Source of the DNA: Leptonemataceae bacterium
GTDB lineage: Bacteria; Spirochaetota; Leptospiria; Leptospirales; Leptonemataceae
Direction: 5' to 3'
DNA: 64,000 bases
Assembly: GCA_965227295.1 (NCBI GenBank)
Contig: OZ245742.1
Location: 3,040,001 to 3,104,000, forward strand
This document shows positions 9,420 to 19,122 of this stretch, one piece after another (position 1 is the stretch's first letter; the number at the start of each line of letters is the position of its first letter). Position numbers and translations under genes: made by a program. The notes beneath the pieces were generated by a model. It saw only the letters and a list, made by a program, of their open reading frames with translations, was not told the DNA's origin and searched no databases.

Positions 9420-10134
9420 CCTGGACCTGCTGGTCCTTTTCTTCCTGGATCTTCTGCAATTCATCGAAGCCCGGCAGGCTGGAAAGATCGGGAAGAATCA
9501 CAATTTCGATGCGGCGGTTTTGCGCACGGCCGTCTTTGGTTTCGTTATCGCCCACGGGCGCGGTCTCCGCGAACGATGCGGCGCTCACCCGGACCGGCGG
9601 CATGCCGGCGTCGATCATGGTGTTGACCACGGTAATGGCCCGGCCGGCCCCGAGTTCCCAGTTCGAGCGAAAGCGCCGCGTGTTGATGGGCCAGTCGTCG
9701 GTGTGACCTTCAATCTGATACTTGCGTTCTTCGACTTCAACCAGCACGCTCGTGATTTCTTTGATCGTTTCGCGGCCTTCCGGGGACAGATCGGCGGAGC
9801 CGCTGGCGAAGAGGATGTCCGAGGGGAGTTCGACGGTCATGCGTCCGTCGACGATCTTTACTTTGAGTTTGCCGGCGTCGATGAGGTCCTTGAACTTCGC
9901 GAGCAGATCGCGGTACTCCTGAATGCGTTCGCGCGCTTCGCTGTTGCGCTCGCGCATTTCGGTGAGCGCGTCGGAGAGCGCGGAACGATCTTTGACGCAC
10001 GCGGCCTCGGTATCGGCCAGGTTTTGCTGGCACGCGTCCAGCTCGGCCTGGAGCTGATCGTACTTTTGCTGCGAAACGCAGGCGCTGCCCGCCGTGCTCG
10101 CAATGAGAATCATACTAAATAAGAAGCGTTGCAT
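9397..10134 (-). CDS. OmpA/MotB family lipoprotein
   Basis: Lipobox GSACVS, coiled coil, LFASGSA, IEGHTD, NWELGAGRA, NRRIEI. Confidence 0.9.
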   Translation of the reverse strand: MQRFLFSMILIASTAGSACVSQQKYDQLQAELDACQQNLADTEAACVKDRSALSDALTEMRERNSEARERIQEYRDLLAKFKDLIDAGKLKVKIVDGRMTVELPSDILFASGSADLSPEGRETIKEITSVLVEVEERKYQIEGHTDDWPINTRRFRSNWELGAGRAITVVNTMIDAGMPPVRVSAASFAETAPVGDNETKDGRAQNRRIEIVILPDLSSLPGFDELQKIQEEKDQQVQEKTPAGS

Positions 10135-10179
10135 TACAATACCTCTGATAGTCCTACTTCGGCAAATCGGCAAGATACA

Positions 10180-11451
10180 TTATGCCTGCGCGTAACTTTC
10201 CAGAAATGCCCGCGCTGTTTCGACGCCGTTTTCGCCGCGAATGTTCCGACCGATTTCCGCCGCTCGTTCGATGATGACGGTGTTCCGAGTGGCCTCGGTG
10301 AGAGCTTCGGACAGTTTCTCGACGCTGAGTTTCTTCTGAGGGATGGCTCGCGGACCCGCGCCGAGTTCAAAAACCCGCCGGCCCCAGAACGGCTGATCCG
10401 CGAAGAACGGAACGATGATCGTCGGTCGCCCCGCGCGCAACCCGGCGGCCGTCGTGCCCGCCCCGCCGTGATGGACGACGGCCGCGGTCCGGGGAAACAG
10501 CCAGTGATGCGGGGCCTGGTCGATTTGTAAGATCGATTCCGGAAGATCGGCGGCCTTCAGTCCGCCCCAGCCCGTGGCCAGAATACCGCGCAGACCGGTC
10601 TGTTGCAGCGCCGCGATGACGATCTGCGCCAGGCGTTCCGGCCGGCGGCCCGCCATGCTGCCGAAGCCGATGTAGACCGGCAGATCCCCGGCGTTCAGAA
10701 AGTCCGTCAGTTCCCGGGGCGGCTGCCAGTCCACTCGTTCATCGAGGAACCAGTAGCCGGTGATCTTCGCGGAGTCCGGCCAATCGGCGGGGCGCGGGAA
10801 CACGGCCTTACTGAATGCATGCAACACGGGGATGTCTGCGCCGTCCGTAGTTTTTAACAGATCGAACTTAGCTTTCGGTAATCCGCACTTACGGCGAAAG
10901 TCGCGAATGTACGTACCGAGACCGAGCTTCGTCGCGAAGTGAATGAAGCGATAGCTCAGTCGATTGTACCAGCCGCCCAGCTTCCAGTTCGGTAGCAGAA
11001 AGAACGGATGCTCCGACGTCGGCACGTACATCGGTAGCGGGGTGGCGAGCACCACCGGCACGCCCAGTTCTTCGGCGATGTGCGGGCCCGCCGCCGCCTT
11101 CGGATGATAGACGATCAGTTGCGGCCGGAACGCCAGGGCGACGTCGCGAAACTCGTACATCTGCGCGATCTGGGCCGGCTTCATTTCCCGGGCGACCTTG
11201 ATCGCACCCCGGGCCATCCGCAACAGATTGCCGCCGGTTTCGAGCAGGGCCCTGCCCTCGTCGGTATCGAGCAGGGCGAGCACCGTATCGTTGACGTGGC
11301 CGTAGGCGAGGCCGTGGTCTTCAATGAACGATTGAAAGCGCGAAGCCGTGGCGACGCAAACTTCATGTCCGGCGGTCTTTAGCCGCAGGCCGAGGGCGAC
11401 GTAGGGTTGCACATCGCCTCGGGTTCCGAAGGTCATGATCAGGATTTTCAC
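10180..11451 (-). CDS. Family 1 glycosyltransferase (sterol/antibiotic glucosyltransferase-like)
   Basis: GTRGDVQP, YIGFGSM, HHGGAGTT, PFFADQPFWG. Confidence 0.9.
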   Translation of the reverse strand: MKILIMTFGTRGDVQPYVALGLRLKTAGHEVCVATASRFQSFIEDHGLAYGHVNDTVLALLDTDEGRALLETGGNLLRMARGAIKVAREMKPAQIAQMYEFRDVALAFRPQLIVYHPKAAAGPHIAEELGVPVVLATPLPMYVPTSEHPFFLLPNWKLGGWYNRLSYRFIHFATKLGLGTYIRDFRRKCGLPKAKFDLLKTTDGADIPVLHAFSKAVFPRPADWPDSAKITGYWFLDERVDWQPPRELTDFLNAGDLPVYIGFGSMAGRRPERLAQIVIAALQQTGLRGILATGWGGLKAADLPESILQIDQAPHHWLFPRTAAVVHHGGAGTTAAGLRAGRPTIIVPFFADQPFWGRRVFELGAGPRAIPQKKLSVEKLSEALTEATRNTVIIERAAEIGRNIRGENGVETARAFLESYAQA

Positions 11452-12119
11452 AAGGGCTGCGTCGCCGCCTTCAGCTTATCGAGATCCGCCCCGGTAATCG
11501 CTTCGACGTTCGCTTCAATTTTCTCCGGCGCCCAGTCCCACCAGCGAATCTCCAACAACGCCGCGATGGTCGCTTCGTCGAAGCGTTTCTTGATGGGCTT
11601 CGCGGGGTTGCCGCCGACGATCGTGTAGGGCTCCACGTCTTTTACGACGACGGAACGCGCACTGATGATTGCACCGTCACCGATCGTAACGTCCGGCATG
11701 ATCACGGCGTCCATGCCGATCCAGACGTCGTTGCCGACGATCGTGTCGCCCTTGCGTCCGGGAATTTCAAAAAGGGCCTGCACATCCTCCGGAGTCATGT
11801 CCGGGGTCATGAGAAAGTTCTGGAACGGGTAAGTGGAGAACCCGCTCATGTTATGATTCGCCGAACTGGTAATGAACTGCACGCCGTGGGCGAACTGGCA
11901 GAACTTGCCGATGACGAGTTGCTCCGGGCTCGGCGGAAAGAGATACGGGGCCAGCGCGGAGGCGTAGTCCTCCAGCTCGGTGAAGTTATGATAATAGCTG
12001 AAGTCGCCGATGGAGATGCGCGGATGATCGACGACCTGGTTCAGATGCACGACCTGACGAATGACGGTGCCGTCCGGCATCACCATGGGATGTTTTTTGT
12101 TCGGATCGAGCAGGGGCAT
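11448..12119 (-). CDS. CatB/Vat-related xenobiotic O-acetyltransferase
   Basis: IGKFC, ANH, STYPF, GDTIVGNDVWIG, GGNPAK.IKKRF and WWDW hexapeptide-repeat motifs. Confidence 0.9.
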   Translation of the reverse strand: MPLLDPNKKHPMVMPDGTVIRQVVHLNQVVDHPRISIGDFSYYHNFTELEDYASALAPYLFPPSPEQLVIGKFCQFAHGVQFITSSANHNMSGFSTYPFQNFLMTPDMTPEDVQALFEIPGRKGDTIVGNDVWIGMDAVIMPDVTIGDGAIISARSVVVKDVEPYTIVGGNPAKPIKKRFDEATIAALLEIRWWDWAPEKIEANVEAITGADLDKLKAATQPL

Positions 12120-12205
12120 GGGATTCCTGGAGAGACGGACTTGATTTTGTGAGAACTTTGCCGATACATCAAGCGTCGGACTACCACAGTCGCGACAGGG
12201 GTCCC

Positions 12206-13033
12206 ATGCGTTCACTGTTTTTTTGTAAAATCATCCTGTCCTGCACTTTGCTGCTGCCGGTCGTCCTGCCCGCGCAAACGTCGCCGCCGGATCTTACCAC
12301 CGCGCAGGAACTACGCCGCCAGGGAAAGTTCACGGCGGCCCTGAAGGAACTCGACGATCCGAAGTACTCCGCTTCCCGGGAGGCGGAACTGTTGCGCGCG
12401 AAACTCTTCCTGGATCTCGATCGCCTGCGCGAGGCCGGCGGTATCTACGACGCCCTGTGTCCGGTGGTGCAATCTTACGATTGCTGGAATTCCCTCGGCG
12501 TTGTTCGCATGATGCTCGGCGGTTACTCCGAAGCGGCCGAAGCCTTTCAGAAAGCGGTCGCGGCCAATCCCGGTTCCGCCGCCGGTTATTCCAACCTCGC
12601 ATTGGCCTACCAGTCCGCGTTTCAGATGGCGAAGGCCGGCGAGGCCCATCGCCGGGCCGTGCGCCTGGCCCCGGGCGATCCGATCATGCACATCAACTAC
12701 GGCGCCTTCTTGTATCGCGAGCGCAAGCTGGACGAGGCCGAAGAGCTCTTTGATCAGCTCATGCGCACGCACGCGGATCTTTTTTATGTACGTCTCTATC
12801 GCGGGCAGATCTATCTTGCCCGGCGCCAGTACGAACAGGCCCTGCGCGAACTGGACGCCGGCATTCAACTGAACGCGAAGTTTTTTGATTTGTATTATTA
12901 TCGCGCCGTGGCACGGTATCGCCTGCGGGATCCGGGCGGGGCGCTTTCCGATTTACAGATGGCCGATCGCCTGGAACCGCTGAACGGCAAGACCCGGGAA
13001 CTCCGGGACATCATCCAGAAGAAACGCCGCTGA
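12206..13033 (+). CDS. Tetratricopeptide repeat protein with signal peptide
   Basis: Repeated TPR consensus (WNSLG, YSNLA, HINYG, LYRG, YYRA). Confidence 0.85.
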   Translation: MRSLFFCKIILSCTLLLPVVLPAQTSPPDLTTAQELRRQGKFTAALKELDDPKYSASREAELLRAKLFLDLDRLREAGGIYDALCPVVQSYDCWNSLGVVRMMLGGYSEAAEAFQKAVAANPGSAAGYSNLALAYQSAFQMAKAGEAHRRAVRLAPGDPIMHINYGAFLYRERKLDEAEELFDQLMRTHADLFYVRLYRGQIYLARRQYEQALRELDAGIQLNAKFFDLYYYRAVARYRLRDPGGALSDLQMADRLEPLNGKTRELRDIIQKKRR

Positions 13034-13040
13034 ACCGGAA

Positions 13041-14204
13041 ATGATACTCATGCGCAGTCGATACAGGCAAAAACACATCGCCGGATTGCCGGCCCTGGCC
13101 GTCGCGCTCGTGCTGGCCTCGGCTAATCTTACGGCACAAACATCTTACGAAGAGAAGTCTGCGGCCCTCGCTTTGCTTGAGCCGCCCGTGACCGTGTTTA
13201 CGTTCTCCGGCGCGCGCGGAACGGTGCTCACGGCGGAGCGCGGCACCCGCGTGTACGTCCCGCCGTACGCCCTGCGTTATGCCGACGGTCGGGAGGATCA
13301 CGAAGAAAGCGTCCGCGAAACCGTGGTCTTGCGCCTCACCGAACGCCTGGAGGCCCTGGACTTCGCGGGCATGCCGCCGGGTACGGTTTATCCGGACGGT
13401 GCGCTGCTCATTCCTTCGGGCATGCTGGAACTCAGGGCGGTGACCGAGGGCGGCCGGCCGCTCGAGCTCGCACCGAATACTCAACTGAGCGTCTTTCTTC
13501 CGGAAGTACGCGCGGACAGCGTGACCGGGGGGAACGCCGTGTATCACTTCAGGGCATCCGAAGGCTGGCATCGTCGTTCCGATGCCGGTATACATCGTTC
13601 GGGTGCCCGGGCTTCCGATGATGCCGACCGGCCGCCGGTGCGCGGTGTGCGTGAGTTTCAGGTGAACGCCCTCGGCGCGTGGATGATCGGCCGACCGGCC
13701 GAAGCGCCCACGACCTGCCTGGAAGGTCGCGTGCATCGTCGCGCCGGCAGTCCCGGCGCCGGTGAGGGCAATCAGGTGCATGCCGTCAACGTCGAGGGTC
13801 GCGGCGCGTTTCAGGCGGAGTTTCGCGGTGATCGCTTTCGGGTGGAGTCTTTTCGGGATGAGCACGTGAAGTTGGTGGTGTTGTCCGAGGACGGTTTCGC
13901 CGGAGTGAGCGCGGAGTTCCTTCCGGCAAAGTTAACCCGCAACGGTTCAAGGCAGAACGGCGCCTGCCGCGACGCCGGTGTCGTGCGACTGGAGGTCGTG
14001 CCCGACGATGCCCGCTATGATCGCACGGCCTTTCGCGAAACCCTGGGGTTTTCGGAGCCGCTCTACGGCGTGGCGTACCCCCCGCCGCCGAACGGCTTCG
14101 ACGCTACGAAAGGCCTCTGGCCGCCCCAGGGCCTCGCGTCCGGTTCCGATTTGTTGTTCTTTGTGATTACGGTCGCCCTGTCCGCGGCGTCCGGTCTGAA
14201 GTAG
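13041..14204 (+). CDS. Secreted hypothetical protein
   Basis: 387-aa ORF with a signal peptide and a C-terminal hydrophobic segment; 7 bp after the TPR gene. Confidence 0.7.
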   Translation: MILMRSRYRQKHIAGLPALAVALVLASANLTAQTSYEEKSAALALLEPPVTVFTFSGARGTVLTAERGTRVYVPPYALRYADGREDHEESVRETVVLRLTERLEALDFAGMPPGTVYPDGALLIPSGMLELRAVTEGGRPLELAPNTQLSVFLPEVRADSVTGGNAVYHFRASEGWHRRSDAGIHRSGARASDDADRPPVRGVREFQVNALGAWMIGRPAEAPTTCLEGRVHRRAGSPGAGEGNQVHAVNVEGRGAFQAEFRGDRFRVESFRDEHVKLVVLSEDGFAGVSAEFLPAKLTRNGSRQNGACRDAGVVRLEVVPDDARYDRTAFRETLGFSEPLYGVAYPPPPNGFDATKGLWPPQGLASGSDLLFFVITVALSAASGLK

Positions 14205-14213
14205 GGCGCGGCT

Positions 14214-15308
14214 TCACGCCGTCGCGGGAAAGCCGATCACAAAAATCTGATGCGACGCCGGATGGGTGGCGCACAGCGTACGGCCCGCCGCGGCCCAGGT
14301 GACGGCCCCCCTTAACTGCGGGGCATCGTATCTTACCGTGCCGTCGTAGATGGAACCGTCGCCCGGATCCAGGCGCAGTTGTGTGGCGACGGCGTTCGGA
14401 GAATCCAGGTCGCCGTCGTCCATGAGTTCCAGGCGCACCCGGCGAAAGACGCTGCCGAAGATGTCCGTGTAGAGCAGATACTCGCCCTCGCGATCGTCCA
14501 CGAGAAAGCCGTGCTTGCTGTACTGAATGCGCGGCGGGGTGATGAACAAACCGCCGAAGCCGCTGAAGCCGCCGCAGGGCCGCAAAAGCGGGCGCGGTTT
14601 GTTAGATTCTTCCGGCTGCATGTTAAGCATTCGGCGGGCCGCGGCGTCCGGCGTCCGCCAGGCGTCGGCCTTCAGCGTATTCAGGAATTCCTCGTGCCGG
14701 CCTTCCAGGCGGTCCGGCGGCGTGACGGCAAAGTCCACGCCGAGGGATCGTAGAGCGGGCAGTACCGGCAGCGTTTCCGCAATCTCCAGGGCCCGGCGCC
14801 GGTAGTGGGCCATGCCGGCCCGCCAGGCGCTGACGATGCCCATGTCCAGATACGTTTGCATGTCCGTTGCGCCGTCGCCGATGCGCAGCATGTCCGCGAC
14901 CCATTGTTCCGGCCGGGCGCCGGTGGTGCGTGAGAGATTGTAGAGCGCGTTCGCGATGGAGCCGCTGAAGCGGCGCGGCTCCGCGAGCAGCATGGCACTG
15001 ACATCGTGCAGGATTTGCGTGAGTGATTCTTCGAAGCCTGGATACTTGCCGGCGTGACCGAGGTAGTCTTTGCCCGTAAGATCGAGCACGCGATCGTACA
15101 ATGCATGGACCGCGTCGCGGACCCGGTCGGCGGGGGCGTTCCCGCGACTCCACTCCGCGAGCAGCGGTTCGACGATCTTCACGAGCGCTAATGTAAACTC
15201 GTGGGACTCTAAGCGCGGATACATGGAACGCGCCATGGCGAAGCGTGCGTTGAAGCGGTCCCGGCCGTCCCGGAGGATGCTCGCGAATGTTTCACTTACT
15301 TGCGTCAT
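14214..15308 (-). CDS. Hypothetical protein downstream of the MoxR ATPase
   Basis: Long ORF; start taken at MTQVSETF because the longer start lies in the repeat element. Confidence 0.75.
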   Translation of the reverse strand: MTQVSETFASILRDGRDRFNARFAMARSMYPRLESHEFTLALVKIVEPLLAEWSRGNAPADRVRDAVHALYDRVLDLTGKDYLGHAGKYPGFEESLTQILHDVSAMLLAEPRRFSGSIANALYNLSRTTGARPEQWVADMLRIGDGATDMQTYLDMGIVSAWRAGMAHYRRRALEIAETLPVLPALRSLGVDFAVTPPDRLEGRHEEFLNTLKADAWRTPDAAARRMLNMQPEESNKPRPLLRPCGGFSGFGGLFITPPRIQYSKHGFLVDDREGEYLLYTDIFGSVFRRVRLELMDDGDLDSPNAVATQLRLDPGDGSIYDGTVRYDAPQLRGAVTWAAAGRTLCATHPASHQIFVIGFPATA

Positions 15309-15339
15309 GGGTGGATTGCAAATTGACTCCGAGGACCGA

Positions 15340-15455
15340 GAGGCCGAGGGAAGATGGAGCAGCCCGACCCCGCGCGCGACCAACAGGACGTTGGAAGTGT
15401 CCGCGGAGGCATGGATGCCGGGAGCGGATTCGCGCGGAGGGGCACGCCCAAAAAA
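15340..15455. repeat. REP-like palindromic intergenic element
   Basis: AGCCCGACCCCGCGCGCGA...TCGCGCGGAGGGGCACGCCCAAAAAA; reverse complement shares TTTTGGGCG...CGGGCT ends with the 4035 element. Confidence 0.55.
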
Positions 15456-15483
15456 CCAACTCTAACTCCCATCATTTCTGGTC

Positions 15484-17079
15484 TTAGTTTTTCCACTTCA
15501 CCCACTGCAAGTAGTTCGTGTAGCGTTGATGTAAATACTTTAACTTCAGCACATCGTCGAACACATGGCCGTACAGCTTGCGTTGTTTCGCGATGCCGTC
15601 GATGAGGCGTTCGATCTTCACCAGGCGTTCTTTGGTTTCTTTTTCGGTGACGCCGTCGAGGCCCCGGGCGAACTCCTCTTCGAGATCGCGGATGGGGTCT
15701 TTGGTGTCGAGGCTGAGGCGGTCGAACTCGGCGCAGGACATTTCGAACAGGCGACGCAGCCAGGAGATCTTGTCCACGCGAAAGACGCGGTGCTCGGGCT
15801 GTTCGAAGAACGGCGACTCGGAATTCTGGACGAGTTTGTCGTGCAACACAAACGGCAGGATTTGCCGCACGTCCTCGAAGGAAACGACGCGCTCGCCGCG
15901 AAAGTAGGCGAGGGCCTTTACGAAAACCAGGGCCGTCATGATGGCGCGTACCGACAGGCCGTTCTGAGTTTGCGAGCCGGGATCTTTGATGCGATCCTTG
16001 CCGCTTTCTTCGGCGGCCAGCAATCGAAAGTCGATGCCCGAGAGTTTTGCCGTGTCCTTGGTTTTGTACTCGATTTGCTGCCCCGCCGATTCCATGAATT
16101 CGAACTGGGCGGCAAAAAACTCGATGCGTCTTAACAATTCCTGAGGTAACTCTACGGCCAGGATCTCGCGATTGATTTGCGTGAGCTCTTCCTCGGTGAA
16201 GATGATGTCCTCGGGCACCATCTCCTCGGGTTTCGCGCCGGCCTCTATGCGCGCGAGCAAATCTTTAATGAACCGCGTATTAAAGTGCAGCGCCTTTACG
16301 ACGATGTCGATGCGATCCTGCAAGGCTTCGATGACCTGGTAGGTCCCGCCGCCGGCGTCGTCGTTGGCGGTGAGATACCAGGCCGCGTCCGGGCACTCGT
16401 AGACCTGGTCCATGATCTCGGCGTAGTTGTCCGCGAGCACCGTAAGCAGCGCCGACTGCGTACGCGTGGGGATGCGGTTGTACTCGTCGATGATCTTCAC
16501 GCGCATGCCCAGCCACTTACGCCAGGCGATTTTGATTTCGCTCATGTCCTTCGCGTTCATGAGGTCCGAGGGAATGGGGTTGCCCAGCAAATCCGAGACC
16601 GTCATCTGCGGCTGACCGTGCTGGATCGACCGTCGAATCTCGCTCAGGCTGTAACCCGCCAGTACGCCCATGAGAATCGCCGACGCCGTTTTGCCGCGCC
16701 CGGGACCGCCCACTAACAGACAGCGACGACGGGTTACGAGATTCAACAGCGGCATGAGCACGAAGCTGCTGTAGCTTTGACTGGAAGGCAGGACCAGCTC
16801 GGACTTCGCGTCGCCGAGCACGTAGGTTTTCGGCGGATCGTCGTTGTACTCGATGTCGTAGTACGGGCTGATGATGGCGTAGTTAATGATCCAGAAGTAG
16901 GCCTGGCGTAACTTCTCGTCCAGGCGACTTTCGTCGCTCGTGGCCGGCGAGCCGGCACTGCCTCCCGCCGGCCCTTTTTCGTAGAGATCGGCGACGTCGA
17001 AGCGGGTCGTCGTACTGCCCGCGCCGGGACGCGTGGGGGACTCGGAGACCTTGCCGCCTTTTTTACCAAACAATGCCAT
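15484..17079 (-). CDS. MoxR-family AAA+ ATPase
   Basis: GGPGRGKT Walker A, IIDEYNR Walker B, TQSALL, LTAN, EALQDR. Confidence 0.9.
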   Translation of the reverse strand: MALFGKKGGKVSESPTRPGAGSTTTRFDVADLYEKGPAGGSAGSPATSDESRLDEKLRQAYFWIINYAIISPYYDIEYNDDPPKTYVLGDAKSELVLPSSQSYSSFVLMPLLNLVTRRRCLLVGGPGRGKTASAILMGVLAGYSLSEIRRSIQHGQPQMTVSDLLGNPIPSDLMNAKDMSEIKIAWRKWLGMRVKIIDEYNRIPTRTQSALLTVLADNYAEIMDQVYECPDAAWYLTANDDAGGGTYQVIEALQDRIDIVVKALHFNTRFIKDLLARIEAGAKPEEMVPEDIIFTEEELTQINREILAVELPQELLRRIEFFAAQFEFMESAGQQIEYKTKDTAKLSGIDFRLLAAEESGKDRIKDPGSQTQNGLSVRAIMTALVFVKALAYFRGERVVSFEDVRQILPFVLHDKLVQNSESPFFEQPEHRVFRVDKISWLRRLFEMSCAEFDRLSLDTKDPIRDLEEEFARGLDGVTEKETKERLVKIERLIDGIAKQRKLYGHVFDDVLKLKYLHQRYTNYLQWVKWKN

Positions 17080-17438
17080 GGCGGGATGTTGCCGTCACCG
17101 CCATGGCATGCAAGTGAAATTGTGATAGGTACTACGTCGTTAGAGCGGCGCAGCCCCCGATGTCTGGCACTGTTTGATCGGAAGAGCGGCCAGCGGGCAT
17201 CCGGGCGGCGGTGCCTCCCGCTGTACGTTTTGCGTTTGCGGTGAGTCCGCGACCCCGGCCTCGGGGAGTGTCTCCATCGGGATCGCAATCGTGGTCGCTG
17301 CCACCGTATTATGGGTAACGCCGATACCTGGAACGTGACCTGTCCGGAGCAATCATCACAGAGATCTGAAAAAAAAGATGATTTCTTGTTTTTTTAGTTT
17401 TCACTACATGTACGCTCAATGACAGCTTCATCGTCGAT

Positions 17439-18056
17439 ATGATGGATGATGTCAGGCGCGACCGATCTATGAGTGCGCAAAACGACGACGCCCGGCCCGC
17501 AAACCCCGGCAGCAGCTATAGCGAAGCGGCAAAGGCCCGCGAGTTTCAGCGCTTCTATCGCGATCATTACGAAATGGGCTTTCGCTATTTGCGGGCGCTC
17601 CGCTTTCCCTACAATTCCCTGCGCGATGTTTTGAGTCATTGCTTTGAGCTGGCCTGGAATCGTTTCGACGAATACCTGAGCTCCGGCAAACCGCAGTACT
17701 GGTTCTACGGCATTCTCAAGAACAAGGCAGGGTACGAACGGCGCAAGTATTCGAAGAACGGCGAGTACCTGGGTCTGGTGGCAGACGATTCCGTCGGCCC
17801 AGGCGATGTTCGGCCCACGCCGGAAAAACAGTTGCTGGATAAAGAGCAGCGTTCTTTTTTTTACGGCACGATCTCGAAGTTGCCGGAGATGTACGCGGAA
17901 GTGGTGAAGCTGCGCCTGGACGGCCATGACTATCGTTTCATCAGCGAGACCCTTGGCATCAGTGTAACCAACGCGCAGACCCGCATGCGGCGGGCCGTCG
18001 TCATGCTGGAGAAGGCGTTCTCCGAGTACCTCGAAGTCTACGGCATAGACGCTTAA
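17439..18056 (+). CDS. ECF-type RNA polymerase sigma factor
   Basis: Region 2 (WFYGILKN) and region 4 HTH (ISKLPEMYAEVVKLR...YRFISETLGIS...TRMRRA). Confidence 0.85.
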   Translation: MMDDVRRDRSMSAQNDDARPANPGSSYSEAAKAREFQRFYRDHYEMGFRYLRALRFPYNSLRDVLSHCFELAWNRFDEYLSSGKPQYWFYGILKNKAGYERRKYSKNGEYLGLVADDSVGPGDVRPTPEKQLLDKEQRSFFYGTISKLPEMYAEVVKLRLDGHDYRFISETLGISVTNAQTRMRRAVVMLEKAFSEYLEVYGIDA

Positions 18057-18065
18057 ACAGATCCT

Positions 18066-19034
18066 ATGAGACTCAGCCGGGAACAAATTCAACGTGTGCA
18101 ATCGCTTTCGCGGAAAGCGCGCGTGCGTTTACTCTGGCAGGCCGAAGGCATCCTGCCGGAGGGAAGCGACGCGTTCGAAGGCATTGATGCGGACAGCGGC
18201 ATGTACGTACAGGCGGCGTGGCACCAACTGTTTGCGCGCGAGGCCGCGCTGTTGTTTCCGCTGGAGGTCGATGTTCCCGACAGCCGTGCATTGCCGCGGA
18301 GAACGACCGTCCGCCCGGCGAACCGCAGGATTGCAATCGCCGCCGCGGTGGCCTCGGCGTTGTTGATCGCCGTTTTTCTCTGGTTATTCCAAAGCGCGGT
18401 CTTCGATGCACCAGGCTTTCGCGCGGCAAACATGCAAATCGGACAGTCGTCCGTCGTGGCGTCACCGGCCGCGTTCACGCTGCCCGGCGAAAACGGACAG
18501 GCGGAAGGCAATGACGTCTTCTTTTTTGACGGCTTTGCCATGATTGCGCGGACTGCGGACGGCTTCGAAATTTATCCGGCGAATCTGGAAGCCAGGTTCG
18601 AACTGGACGGGGCGCCGGTGCACTTGTTGCTGCGCCATCCGCTCTCGACGGTCCGCGTGACGGGCACAAAGTTTTCCGTGGACTATCGCTATGGATATGG
18701 CGTGATTACCCTGGATGAGGGGAGCCTGGAAGTGCGTCATCATCCTCCGGGGAGTCCTCTCGACGGACCATCAGTTGCGCTCTCCGGCCCCGCGCATTTT
18801 GCCTTCGATGCCGCGAGGGCAACCCGGGCGGAACTGTCCGCTGATCCCGCGGCGGTTCCGGTGCCGACCGGCCCGTCGGCCGTATTTCAGCGCTTCAATT
18901 TACGAGATGGCCGCGTATTCGAGGGGCAGGTGGTGCGGGGCGATCGCGACGGGCTGACACTCCGGACCCGGGATGGGAAGCTGATTACGGTAGCGCGGAG
19001 TAATCTGATCCATAGTGAGGTCTTACGCGAGTGA
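18066..19034 (+). CDS. FecR-like anti-sigma factor
   Basis: Single TM then VRVTGTKFSV and LDEGSLEV FecR motifs; follows the sigma factor. Confidence 0.75.
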   Translation: MRLSREQIQRVQSLSRKARVRLLWQAEGILPEGSDAFEGIDADSGMYVQAAWHQLFAREAALLFPLEVDVPDSRALPRRTTVRPANRRIAIAAAVASALLIAVFLWLFQSAVFDAPGFRAANMQIGQSSVVASPAAFTLPGENGQAEGNDVFFFDGFAMIARTADGFEIYPANLEARFELDGAPVHLLLRHPLSTVRVTGTKFSVDYRYGYGVITLDEGSLEVRHHPPGSPLDGPSVALSGPAHFAFDAARATRAELSADPAAVPVPTGPSAVFQRFNLRDGRVFEGQVVRGDRDGLTLRTRDGKLITVARSNLIHSEVLRE

Positions 19035-19122
19035 TTTTTTTGCGCAGGTGTGATGAAGCTTGCTCTCGCGTCACAATACCAGTAGGGAGAGGTCTCTGGT
19101 TTGCTCAGTTTTTAGTTGCAGT

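Noticed and set aside
17140..17352. 70-aa ORF between moxR and the sigma factor
   Set aside because: TTG start, no RBS, no motifs; lies in a divergent promoter region
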